Positions 40,633-53,600 of a DNA stretch of 64,000 nucleotides are shown in pieces. Numbering within the stretch: the stretch's first letter is position 1; the number at the start of each line of letters is the position of its first letter. Under the pieces are notes generated by a model. The model made no database searches. It saw only the letters and a program-made list of their open reading frames with translations, and was not told the DNA's origin. The translations under genes and the position numbers were made by a program. Origin of the DNA: Octopus vulgaris (Eukaryota); contig OX597815.1 in assembly GCA_951406725.2 (NCBI GenBank), positions 163,370,001 to 163,434,000 on the forward strand, given 5' to 3'.

Positions 40633-41502
40633 ATATATTATGCATGTATATATGTATGTATGTATTTATGTATGCATGTATCTTGTTTAAAAATCGAGGT
40701 ATTAGCACTCACTTTGCCAGACCTTCGGGAGTGGGGGTGGAGAATGGGAAAACATGCTGTCTATGCTACATGTAGGAAGAAGCAGAGCATCAAGACATGG
40801 AGCTATAGCACATTTTCTCTCACTGTTTTTACTTATTCTCAGTATCACTCCCCTCCCCCCTCTCTCTCTTTCTGGCGAAGGTCAATTCCGAAAGAAGTCT
40901 TTTCCTCCGCATGATTTACTGAATTATCCAAAGCCATGGACTTTGTTTCATCATATGTTTTATCTACTTATGCCACCACTTTTCTCTGCAGTCTCTATTT
41001 TCTTAAATAGATACTCTAACATCTTGCTGGTCTATTCTGAAGTTATTGATAAGAGACCAGAGTATACTGTTATGAAATCCAATTATTATTTTCCGTCAAT
41101 GCTTAGACAGCAGTCTTGATTTGCTTAGTACAGTATGTTTCTTTACTACCCACAAGGGGCTAAACACAGAGAGGACAAACAATGACAGACAAACGGATTA
41201 AGTCGATTACATCGATCCCAGTGCGTAACTGGTACTTAATTTATCGACCCCGAAAGGATGAAAGGCAAAATCGACCTCGGCGGAATTTGAACGGCAGACG
41301 AAATACGGCTATGCATTTCGCCCGGCGTGCTAAGTGATAGTAAAGAAGGTGAGGATTAACTATACCACTCAGTGAATAGTGATTCTATAAACTTTTCACT
41401 ATGACTACTAACATCTCCCTTATGCACGTTTTTTAAAACTACTGGGGGTCGTCCACGCGCAAAACAAAACACAAAGTACGGATTGTATAGTTTATTTAAT
41501 TA

Positions 41503-41900
41503 CTAGCAGTATCGCCCGGCGTTGCTCGGGTTTGTAAGGGAAATAACTATATAAGTATTTTTAGAGATGTAAAGTATAATAGCTATCTCAATATGGTTAA
41601 CCACAAAGGGGGGGGGTGTTACTGTAGCTTTTTACGTTCTGAGATTTAGTAATAAACTTTTAGAGAGTTACTTCCCTTATATATGCCAAAAATGCATTAA
41701 AAATGGGAAATAATTGATGGTAAATTTTTTTTTAATCGTAGACTCATCGTAGACGAGCACTAATACCCAGAAGGGCTCGATATGAATCACGACTATAAGA
41801 TACCCGGTTTTGGTTAAACTGCACCGCAAAATGTGGGAGTAGTCAGGAATCTAAATCGTAGCAGACAGACAGCACACAACCTTACTTTTATATATAAAGA
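41503..41900 (-). mobile_element. Non-autonomous Helitron
   Basis: Same 3' end as 21093-21465 (ccgagcaacgccgggcgatactgctag) on the minus strand, with a 5' TC and an A|T insertion site. Confidence 0.8.
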
Positions 41901-42108
41901 TTACTTATGTAATACATATTCATGACATGTAAAATACAAATATAATGCAAAAACAACCTGCAGACCACCTTAATCAATAAAATAGAACTAAGAATTTAAA
42001 ATTTACTCTTTCTATGAGGCCTGGTACTAAATGATCCACGGTCCGATACTGGGTCGAGGCGCAGTGGTGGTGGGGGGGGTCATTATATATCATTACTATG
42101 TAGCTGGT

Positions 42109-42360
42109 GTGGAGGCGCGTGGCTTAGTGGTTAGGGTGTCAGCATCATGATTGTAATATTGTGGTTTCGATTCATGGACCGGGCGACGCTTAGTGTTCTT
42201 GAGCAAAAAACTTCATTTCACGTTGCTCCAGTCCACTCAACTGGCAAAAATGAGTAACGCTGCGATGGACTGGCGTCCCGTCCAGTTGGGGAACACATAC
42301 GTCATTGAAACCGGGAAACCGGGCCCATGAGCCTAGCTAGGCTTTAAAAGAGCGCATTTA
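42109..42360 (+). mobile_element. SINE family C
   Basis: ggaggcgcgtggcttagtggttaggg...gtttcgattc...gtgttcttgagcaa. Confidence 0.8.
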
Positions 42361-42885
42361 TTATTATACGTAGATGGTATAATTATTTCTGCAGCGGATA
42401 AAATAATTAGCGGCATTTCTTCGGCTGTTTTCGCTCTGAGTTCAAATGCTTCCCTCCCCTGGTCAACATTACTTATCATCCTTTCGGGATCGATGCAATA
42501 AGTACCAGTTGTGCTCTAGGATCGATATAATCGACTCCCGCTGAAATCGCTGGGCTGCTGTCAAAATTTGAAACGATTTCTATGTGTAGGCGCAGGCACG
42601 AGGCTTCGGGTTCAATCCCTCTGCACAGCACATTGGGCAAACGTCTGCTACTATAGTCCCAGATATATAAATGCCTTTTCAGGGAACTTTGTAGGTGGAA
42701 ACTGTGTAGAAGCCCAGCATACACAGTGGTAGTGGTATTGGATCTCTGTCGTTCTATCAACCGTATTACCTGCTCCTGAATTAACTAGTAAGTGGCTGAA
42801 TATTCTACAAATATACCTTATCAAAAGGATGTGTTAAAACACTATTCCACATATACAAAAATAGCCATACCAACAATCCAACATA

Positions 42886-42954
42886 CCTCCATCATCAGCT
42901 GCCCCACGGAGATCATTATGGTTTCGACACCAGGACAGTACTATTCAATCCGGC
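42886..42954 (-). ncRNA. Second, divergent permuted hammerhead-like motif
   Basis: Minus strand: gccggat tga ATAG TA CTGTCCT ggtgtc GAAA CCAT aatgatctccgt GGGGCAG CTGATGA t ggagg. Confidence 0.55.
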
Positions 42955-43519
42955 GGTGATAACAACACCAAAAGAAGTGTTGTTTGGAAACAAACATAAA
43001 AAACACAGCCTTCAAACACATTTACTCTATGTACAACAGTATTCAATCTAAATATAGGTAGGATTAAACACTTACTTTAAAATTAAACTACCAGAAACAC
43101 ATAAATCTTTGTAAATCTGTATCGGTATTAATAGTAAACCTACAATAACTAAATTATATACTAACTAGCGACCAGTAATTCTCAGGCAGAATCAGTATGA
43201 TACAGAATGTGACAAGGATGTGCATTTTAAGTTACAGTTACTATCCACCCAGTGATCTTCTACATAGGTCTACCCTATTTCACTCAGAAGATATGAGTCG
43301 GTCCGAAGTTGTAGATAATGACATTTGCCCAAGATGGCAAACAGTGATATCTTGTGTAAATGATCCCGGGACTCGTAGTTGCAAAGCAAACGTTTTTATC
43401 ATATCCTGGAACAGACCGTAAAACCACTCAGTTGCGAATCGGGGCTCATAGACTCAGGTACAAGGGATGTTGGTGTTCAAGCGTGTGTATGTGTGTGTGT
43501 ATATGTAAATGTATATGTA

Positions 43520-43573
<54 letters not shown>

Positions 43574-43619
43574 CATATATATATATGTATACATATACAT
43601 ACATACATATATATATATA

Positions 43620-43656
<37 letters not shown>

Positions 43657-43661
<5 letters not shown>

Positions 43662-46600
43662 TCAATATAGGGTGGCAAAAAAAAAATTTTGTAGAATTCT
43701 TTTGCCACCAGCGGCCTAGTGGGAAAAAATTAAATAGTCATAAACCATTTTTAAGTTCAACATTAACAATCAAGGAACGGCCATAATAGGCCATTCACCC
43801 ACTAGAAATAACAGCCAAAAGCTTTAACCGCAAAATAACGTCAATTCCGTAAACCAGGAGAAAATTGAAAAACATTTACCCTGTAATTTCTTAGACGATG
43901 CACCGTTTCATCTTCTGTTTAATGGAAAACTAACCTGATTAAATTAAATCAAGCCAATCTACCATAGGCCCTTAGATTCATCAGTAAGAAATAGCCAAAC
44001 CGGAACAGATATTTTTCACGAGGCATTCTCATTGCTACCTCGTCAATATCTGACCTAAAATTTTCAAATCGTCGCACTCGCGCCAAATTTATCGGCAGCA
44101 AATAAATATAAGCCGCCGATTCCATTACGGAATTAACCAGAAAATTCATAATTAATCAATATAGGGTGGCAAAAAAAAATTTTGTAGAATTCTTTTGCCA
44201 CCAGCGGCCTAGTGGGAAAAAATTAAATAGTCATAAACCATTTTTAAGTTCAACATTAACAATCAAGGAACGGCCATAATAGGCCATTCACCCACTAGAA
44301 ATAACAGCCAAAAGCTTTAACCGCAAAATAACGTCAATTCCGTAAACCAGGAGAAAATTGAAAAACATTTACCCTGTAATTTCTTAGACGATGCACCGTT
44401 TCATCTTCTGTTTAATGGAAAACTAACCTGATTAAATTAAATCAAGCCAATCTACCATAGGCCCTTAGATTCATCAGTAAGAAATAGCCAAACCGGAACA
44501 GATATTTTTCACGAGGCATTCTCATTGCTACCTCGTCAATATCTGACCTAAAATTTTCAAATCGTCGCACTCGCGCCAAATTTATCGGCAGCAAATAAAT
44601 ATAAGCCGCCGATTCCATTACGGAATTAACCAGAAAATTCATAATTAATCAATATAGGGTGGCAAAAAAAAATTTTGTAGAATTCTTTTGCCACCAGCGG
44701 CCTAGTGGGAAAAAATTAAATAGTCATAAACCATTTTTAAGTTCAACATTAACAATCAAGGAACGGCCATAATAGGCCATTCACCCACTAGAAATAACAG
44801 CCAAAAGCTTTAACCGCAAAATAACGTCAATTCCGTAAACCAGGAGAAAATTGAAAAACATTTACCCTGTAATTTCTTAGACGATGCACCGTTTCATCTT
44901 CTGTTTAATGGAAAACTAACCTGATTAAATTAAATCAAGCCAATCTACCATAGGCCCTTAGATTCATCAGTAAGAAATAGCCAAACCGGAACAGATATTT
45001 TTCACGAGGCATTCTCATTGCTACCTCGTCAATATCTGACCTAAAATTTTCAAATCGTCGCACTCGCGCCAAATTTATCGGCAGCAAATAAATATAAGCC
45101 GCCGATTCCATTACGGAATTAACCAGAAAATTCATAATTAATCAAAATAGGGTGCCAAAAAAAATTTTGTAGAATTCTTTTGCCACCAGCGGCCTAGTGG
45201 GAAAAAATTAAATAGTCATAAACCATTTTTAAGTTCAACATTAACAATCAAGGAACGGCCATAATAGGCCATTCACCCACTAGAAATAACAGCCAAAAGC
45301 TTTAACCGCAAAATAACGTCAATTCCGTAAACCAGGAGAAAATTGAAAAACATTTACCCTGTAATTTCTTAGACGATGCACCGTTTCATCTTCTGTTTAA
45401 TGGAAAACTAACCTGATTAAATTAAATCAAGCCAATCTACCATAGGCCCTTAGATTCATCAGTAAGAAATAGCCAAACCGGAACAGATATTTTTCACGAG
45501 GCATTCTCATTGCTACCTCGTCAATATCTGACCTAAAATTTTCAAATCGTCGCACTCGCGCCAAATTTATCGGCAGCAAATAAATATAAGCCGCCGATTC
45601 CATTACGGAATTAACCAGAAAATTCATAATTAATCAATATAGGGTGGCAAAAAAAAATTTTGTAGAATTCTTTTGCCACCAGCGGCCTAGTGGGAAAAAA
45701 TTAAATAGTCATAAACCATTTTTAAGTTCAACATTAACAATCAAGGAACGGCCATAATAGGCCATTCACCCACTAGAAATAACAGCCAAAAGCTTTAACC
45801 GCAAAATAACGTCAATTCCGTAAACCAGGAGAAAATTGAAAAACATTTACCCTGTAATTTCTTAGACGATGCACCGTTTCATCTTCTGTTTAATGGAAAA
45901 CTAACCTGATTAAATTAAATCAAGCCAATCTACCATAGGCCCTTAGATTCATCAGTAAGAAATAGCCAAACCGGAACAGATATTTTTCACGAGGCATTCT
46001 CATTGCTACCTCGTCAATATCTGACCTAAAATTTTCAAATCGTCGCACTCGCGCCAAATTTATCGGCAGCAAATAAATATAAGCCGCCGATTCCATTACG
46101 GAATTAACCAGAAAATTCATAATTAATCAATATAGGGTGGCAAAAAAAAAATTTTGTAGAATTCTTTTGCCACCAGCGGCCTAGTGGGAAAAAATTAAAT
46201 AGTCATAAACCATTTTTAAGTTCAACATTAACAATCAAGGAACGGCCATAATAGGCCATTCACCCACTAGAAATAACAGCCAAAAGCTTTAACCGCAAAA
46301 TAACGTCAATTCCGTAAACCAGGAGAAAATTGAAAAACATTTACCCTGTAATTTCTTAGACGATGCACCGTTTCATCTTCTGTTTAATGGAAAACTAACC
46401 TGATTAAATTAAATCAAGCCAATCTACCATAGGCCCTTAGATTCATCAGTAAGAAATAGCCAAACCGGAACAGATATTTTTCACGAGGCATTCTCATTGC
46501 TACCTCGTCAATATCTGACCTAAAATTTTCAAATCGTCGCACTCGCGCCAAATTTATCGGCAGCAAATAAATATAAGCCGCCGATTCCATTACGGAATTA

Positions 46601-47542
46601 ACCAGAAAATTCATAATTAATCAATATAGGGTGGCAAAAAAAAATTTTGTAGAATTCTTTTGCCACCAGCGGCCTAGTGGGAAAAAATTAAATAGTCATA
46701 AACCATTTTTAAGTTCAACATTAACAATCAAGGAACGGCCATAATAGGCCATTCACCCACTAGAAATAACAGCCAAAAGCTTTAACCGCAAAATAACGTC
46801 AATTCCGTAAACCAGGAGAAAATTGAAAAACATTTACCCTGTAATTTCTTAGACGATGCACCGTTTCATCTTCTGTTTAATGGAAAACTAACCTGATTAA
46901 ATTAAATCAAGCCAATCTACCATAGGCCCTTAGATTCATCAGTAAGAAATAGCCAAACCGGAACAGATATTTTTCACGAGGCATTCTCATTGCTACCTCG
47001 TCAATATCTGACCTAAAATTTTCAAATCGTCGCACTCGCGCCAAATTTATCGGCAGCAAATAAATATAAGCCGCCGATTCCATTACGGAATTAACCAGAA
47101 AATTCATAATTAATCAAAATAGGGTGCCAAAAAAAATTTTGTAGAATTCTTTTGCCACCAGCGGCCTAGTGGGAAAAAATTAAATAGTCATAAACCATTT
47201 TTAAGTTCAACATTAACAATCAAGGAACGGCCATAATAGGCCATTCACCCACTAGAAATAACAGCCAAAAGCTTTAACCGCAAAATAACGTCAATTCCGT
47301 AAACCAGGAGAAAATTGAAAAACATTTACCCTGTAATTTCTTAGACGATGCACCGTTTCATCTTCTGTTTAATGGAAAACTAACCTGATTAAATTAAATC
47401 AAGCCAATCTACCATAGGCCCTTAGATTCATCAGTAAGAAATAGCCAAACCGGAACAGATATTTTTCACGAGGCATTCTCATTGCTACCTCGTCAATATC
47501 TGACCTAAAATTTTCAAATCGTCGCACTCGCGCCAAATTTAT
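43657..47542 (-). repeat. Tandem array of 7.9 x about 493-bp hammerhead-containing units (retrozyme-like) inserted in (TA)n
   Basis: Units start at 43657, 44151, 44644, 45137, 45629, 46122, 46616 and 47109. They are virtually identical, with (TA)n on both sides. Confidence 0.97.
43886..43992 (-). ncRNA. Type I hammerhead ribozyme, unit 1 (identical copies start at 44379, 44872, 45364, 45857, 46351, 46844, 47336)
   Basis: Minus strand: atttctta CTGATGA atct [60 nt] agat GAAA cgg tgca tcg TC taagaaat. It has an 8-bp stem I and a GUC triplet. The predicted cut is between 43894 and 43893. Confidence 0.93.
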
Positions 47543-47581
47543 GTGGTTGCGTGATGAAGTGTGCGTGTGGAAGTGCTAATG

Positions 47582-47648
<67 letters not shown>

Positions 47649-48189
47649 ATTCTTCTGTCATCTCATTTCTTTTGATTAATATTTAAATGTGAAATATGTT
47701 TCTCGGGGATGTCACAGATACCTGAAGATAACCGCTTTTAGCTGGCTATCTATTAAATATAATGTCCATTTAAAACAAGCATCAATCACCGTTGTCATCT
47801 CCATCACAACTACTGCGGCTAACTGTTTGTGGGTCATCTCTAGTTTCATGGAAAAAGTTCATCTTTTGGCCCCATCTGTTTATCACGGTTTTGTTAATGC
47901 CACGTTTTTGCTAATGTCTTGGCTACTCTTTCGACTTTCACATGCTATTCATGATGATTTCACCCACTGACATACTTGTGCATATGTAGGTCGCTTCAGT
48001 TCTTTTCGCTCAGTCACTAAATTCTCAGCAGTCACTCACTCCATCCATTCGTCTCGCTTAAAAATTCTACAACGACTTGGCTCTTTGCAACGTCCAGTGG
48101 TTATAACGGCAACGTTAATCCTTTCGTTACCAATTGTCTATTGAAATATTCTCTTTCTTTAAATCGATTTTGAAAGCAAGTATCTTTTT

Positions 48190-48425
48190 TTACATTATTT
48201 ACATTCGACGGATTTTTGTACTCATCTTGTTTGTTGTTAGCACAAAGTTTCGGCTGATATACCCTCCAGTCTTCTTCAGACACCTGAAGAAGGCTGGAGG
48301 TTATATCAGCCGAAACGTTGTGTTAACAACAGACAAGATGCGGAAAGATATCCGTCGAATGTAAGTAACGTAAATAATGTAAATAATGTACATAACACCT
48401 CACCTCTTAAATATAGAACTGAAGT
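48190..48425. mobile_element. Foldback PLE pseudo-LTR-like element
   Basis: Palindrome centred at about 48281. Same family as 34340-35005. Confidence 0.8.
48279..48324 (+). ncRNA. Minimal hammerhead
   Basis: gacac CTGAAGA a ggctg gaggttatat cagcc GAAAC GTT gtgtt. Confidence 0.75.
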
Positions 48426-49913
48426 ATCTTTTCTTTTAAATTTTACTTGTTCCAGTCACAGGACTGCGGCCATACTGGGACACTACCCTCAAGGATTCAT
48501 TTGAACAAATCGACTCCATGGTTTATTATGAAGTCTGGTACTTATTTTATCGTTTTCTTTTGTGGGACCCCTAAGTTACAGTGACATAAACAAACCGTCA
48601 CCGGTTGTCAAGCAGTGGTGAGGGACAAATGAAAGCACAAAGAAAGGTACGCATACACGCACACACAAATATGACAGGCTTCTTTTAGTTTCCGTCTACC
48701 AAATCTGCTCATAGGGCTTTGACACTTATGAAAGTTGCCACGCAGTAGGACTGAACTGAAGACCACATTGTTAGGAAGCAAACTACTCAACCACATAGCT
48801 ACATCCACGTCTAATGAAGAATTTAGTAAAATTATTTTGAAATAATTAAGCTGGTGTTAGAAACACGCTCGCATGATGTTTTGGTGGAAGGTTTTAATTA
48901 GAATCGCTTTAAAACAAGAAGATTATATCACAGAAACAAGGGCGGTCATAAAATACACAAACATGAACCAATGAGTGAGTCACCTGATGACCATTTGACA
49001 TCCTAGAAATATCTGATACTTCTCCGAAAAATCATACACTAATATTTATAGACCGTAAGACTGTAAGCTGGTAGAATCCTTATCGCGCCGGACAAATGCT
49101 TGGCGGCATTTCGTCCGTCTTTATGTTCTGAGTTCAAATTCCGCCAAGATCGACTTTGCATCTTATCCTTTCGCGGTCGATAAAGTGGCACTTGAGCACC
49201 GGAGGTCGATGTAATTGACTTGACCCTCCCAGAAATTGCTGGCCTTGTGCCAAAATTTGAAACCAATATTTATAAACCGTATGACTATAATATGGAATGG
49301 TCACAGCTGCAAAGGCTTTGATCATAGGTATGGTTTGCTCGATCGCCAAAGAACAACAATAACAACACATATGCAAATGCGCACATGCACTTTTCCATAC
49401 TATCGTACACACATTGTTAGTTCTGTACAGATTAAGATGTGAGCCGTGGTGTCCCTAGTGGACAGTTAATACAAGGGAGATAATCATTTCTTCATATTTG
49501 GTAAGATTTCAAGCTTGAATTTGAAGTGAAAGAATTATAAAGAAAAAGATGAGTAGAAGATAGATACTTTTTTTTTTTTCTTACGCAATTCTTAAAGAGT
49601 CCCAATTAAATGACACCGTTTCTACAAATAATTCTTTTATTGTTGTTATTCCTATTAAAAGTTCCTTCGTTGATGTTGATATTTAAACCAGATCAATTCC
49701 GAATGAACAGAATTACGATCAAAAACAACCCAGAACGTGGTCATTTCGTATTGTATCAAAAAGCCTTGTACAAAAAAAAAGAAAAGAAAAAAAAATCAAC
49801 CTAAACATACTTGGAAGTGCATTATCCAATATATTTTTCCTGATTCCAGTCGAAAGATCACTATTTGAGGGAATTTGACTGCGGTTTCAAACAAGTCAAA
49901 CATTAATGCAGAG

Positions 49914-50248
49914 CAATGGTTCTCAACCATTTTTTTTTATCTATGGACCCCTTCGATTACTATTTTATTCTAGTGGACCCCCCCCCCCATAACCACTCAT
50001 TGTTTAAAAACTAATTCTATAGAGACTTCTTTCAAAATTCCTATTTTGTTTTACATACATTAACTTGTGTAGGTGGAACTATGTAAAAAGTTTGAAAAAG
50101 AATCGTAGCTATTTCCTGCAATAAATACATCAATGACCAAATTTATTCACAGACACAGGGATCACAATTTACTATTTTGCTTGCGTTGAGCCCCAAAGTC
50201 TTATATAGACACACCTTGTGTCTTATTGACCCCGGTTGAGAAACATTG
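49914..50248. mobile_element. hAT (Charlie-like) MITE
   Basis: TIRs caatggttctcaacc / ggttgagaaacattg, with an imperfect 8-bp TSD atgcagag / atgttgag. Confidence 0.75.
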
Positions 50249-50367
50249 ATGTTGAGCTTGCCTTTTTGGCTGTCATATATTTTGGTGCATAAACGCGGTG
50301 TCAATGTCAAATATATATTTTTGCGACATACATTATTTCAACTTATTTATATGATATATTATTTCAG

Positions 50368-50441
50368 AATACTTGTGAGCTTAACATGACAATGGGGGAT
50401 AATTCTCAGCAACTTCAAACCCCTATCTATTATGACAAAGG
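50368..50441 (+). CDS. Possible host exon (..MTMGDNSQQLQTPIYYDKG)
   Basis: tttcag acceptor, gtaag donor and an open frame. Its phase is compatible with 51372-51487. I recognise no homology. Confidence 0.3.
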
Positions 50442-50947
50442 GTAAGAAAAATGTTATTTTTCTTGTATGTATACGCATGGTATGTCCGTGATGAATGAAT
50501 GAACCATCTGTTTTACAACGTGAACTTATTTTGTAATGAGCTCAGGTTGTCTTTCTTTTTCCTGCATATGAAAATATTTGATTGAATTTTATATTATATT
50601 TTATGTTATATTGAATTTTATGTTAGTCTTTTTTCTTTTGGTCTTTCGTATATCCCCTAACTATACAAATACCACCCACATGTATATATGTAGGCAGGCA
50701 TACATTTACAGGCATATATCACACATATGTATACATGTATGCATGCATATGTTTCCACGAATATTTTACCTTGTGTATGTGTGCGTGTTTGCTTGTATAG
50801 GAAGACACACACACACACACATATATATATATGTATGTATACAAGTGTTTGTATAGAAATATATACATATGTATATAAATTTTACACATATATATATATA
50901 TAAACCTTATATATATATATACATACATACATACATACATACATACA

Positions 50948-51040
<93 letters not shown>

Positions 51041-51206
51041 GCATACACACATATAATAGTGATGAACACACTAAGCTATAAATCTCTCACGCTGCTGAAA
51101 GATCTTTCCCTTAGAAATATATTTTAGACGTGCGGCAACTAACAGAAAGAAAAGAAAAAAAAATTAATATCAGAATAAATAAAATAATAATGCTGCTTCT
51201 ACTGAC

Positions 51207-51238
<32 letters not shown>

Positions 51239-51279
51239 CGTTGATGATAATGATGATGATAATGATGATGATGATGATG

Positions 51280-51312
<33 letters not shown>

Positions 51313-51371
51313 GTAATAATAATAGTAATGATGATAATAATAATTATGGGAATAATATTTTCTTTCTACAG

Positions 51372-51487
51372 AAAAATATTTCTAACGATAGCTTGGTGCA
51401 CTGTGGTAATAATAACAACATTATTGGCAGCTACATCCTATATACAATTACATCAACGGCTTGGAGCTATACTGTTATATGGGACTT
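51372..51487 (+). CDS. Possible host exon encoding hydrophobic segments (KIFLTIAWCTVVIITTLLAATSYIQLHQRLGAILLYGT)
   Basis: tctttctacag acceptor and gtgag donor. It joins in frame to the previous candidate exon. Confidence 0.3.
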
Positions 51488-51925
51488 GTGAGATCTCATG
51501 TCACGCAGCTGGTTAAATCAATAGGCCTCAGTGGTCAAATGTCTTTTGATCTAATATTTCACAGCTTCTTACATCAACGTCCAGGAGTGTCGCTAGCGAA
51601 GGCATGACTTAACTTAGATATATTTGCGCTATATTCCTCGTTCTTTTCTTTAATAGTGGTGAGTATTATTGCACATACGTGTGTATGTAAGTATGTATGT
51701 TTGTATGTATGTGTGTGTGTGTATGTATGTATGTATATATGTAGGAATTAATGTGTGTAAGCATGTGTGTATAGATGGAGGGATAGATGGATGAATGCGT
51801 GTGGACAAAACGCACACAAGCACGCGCATATATATATGTATATAATTCAAAATGAATTTGTTTGTTAGCACAAAAAGAGCCGCAAAGTATAATAAAGATC
51901 TTGTTACTAATATAGTAGAGAGCAA

Positions 51926-53038
51926 AGCGGCGAGCTGGCAGAATCGTTAGCACGCCGGACGAAATGCTTAGCAGTATTTCGTCTGCCGTTACGTTCTGAG
52001 TTCAAATTCCGCCGAGGTCGACTTTACCTTTCATCATTTCAGGGTCGATAAATTAAGTACCAGTTACGCACTGGGGTCGATGTAATCAACTTAATACCTA
52101 TGTCTGTCCCTCTATGTTTAGCCCCTTGCGGGTAGTAAAAACTTGGTATTTCGTCTGCCGCTACGTTCTGAGTTCAAATTCCGCCGAGGTTGACTCTGCC
52201 TTTCATCCTTTCGGGGTCGATAAATTAAGTACCAGTTATGCACTGGGGTCGATGTAGTCGAATTAATCCGTTTGTCTGTTCTTGCTTGTCCCCTCTGTGT
52301 TTAGCCACTTGTGGGTAGCAAAGAAATAGGTATTTCGTCTGCCGTTACGCTCTGAGTTCAAATTCCGCCGAGGTCGACTCTGCCTTTCATCCTTTCGGGG
52401 TCGATAAATTAAGTACCAGTTATGCACTGGGGTCGATGTAGTCAAATTAATCCGTTTGTCTGTTCTTGCTTGTCCCCTCTGTGTTTAGCCACTTGTGGGT
52501 AGTAAAGAAATATGTATTTCGTCTGCCGTTACGTTCTAAGATCAAATTCCGCCGAGGTTGACTATGCCTTTCAACCTTTCGGGGTCGATAAATTAAGTAC
52601 CAGTTATGCACTGGGGTCGATGTAGTCGAATTAATCCGTTTGTCTGTCCTTGCTTGTCCCCTCTGTGTTTAGCCACTTGTGGGTAGTAAAGAAATATGTA
52701 TTTCGTCTGCCGTTACGTTCTAAGATCAAATTCCGCCGAGGTCGACTTTGCCCTTCATCGTTTCGGGGTCGATAAATTAAGTACCAGTTATGCACTGGGG
52801 TCGATGTAATCGACTTAATCCGTTTGTCTGTCCTTGCTTGTCCCCTCTGTGTTTAGCCACTTGTGGGTAGTAAAGAAATATGTATTTCGTCTGCCGTTTC
52901 GTTCTAAGATCAAATTCCGCCGAGGTCGACTTTGCCTTTCATCCTTTCGAGGTCGATTAATTAAGTACCAGCTACCCCTCTGGTAAATAAGTACCAGTTA
53001 CCCCTCTGTGTGTAGCCTCTTGTGGGCAGTAAAGAAAC
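51926..53038 (+). repeat. SINE family B tandem array, 184-bp period
   Basis: One complete head, then units restarting at 52145, 52329, 52513, 52697 and 52881. Confidence 0.9.
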
Positions 53039-53266
53039 AAGGGCAGTTACATTGTAATAAATAGTTCGTAATTTTTTGTGATTTATAGGAAATTCATTGT
53101 TCACATTTGTTCAATTCATATATGACATTGTTATCTGACTATCTGTGCATATTACGTGACTAAATATGTATTGCTTAGACGAAGTAATATTATATTGCTT
53201 GGGTTTATATGCTCCTATCTGTAATGCGCGCACAAACAAACACACTAACACAGAAACACAGGCACG

Positions 53267-53324
<58 letters not shown>

Positions 53325-53600
53325 TGTGCGTAGATATGTATGTACTCGCGTTTCTAAAGACAGGAATGTGAAAATTATAACTGAATTTGAAAGGATTCGA
53401 TGTCATTACAATTTATGTCTTGGAGGTAAAATTCTTTTGGACACTACATTGGTAAACAATGTCTTTAGATATGTATTGTGAAGCTATCACTTATTTGTTT
53501 GGGTTAGGCAGTTGCGTAAAGCACTAAAGCTTCTTGATGTGTATTTGTTGAGCCTGCACATGTAAGAGTTAGCAAGCTTGTGCATACATATATATACATA

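Noticed and set aside
43949-47107. Seven identical 66-aa ORFs (MNFLVNSVMESAA...) in the array
   Set aside because: They are short, have no recognisable domain, overlap the HHR and are identical only because the DNA units are identical.
43657-47542. CRISPR-like array or ordinary satellite
   Set aside because: There are no unique spacers or cas genes. The units are 493 bp and each holds a full HHR.
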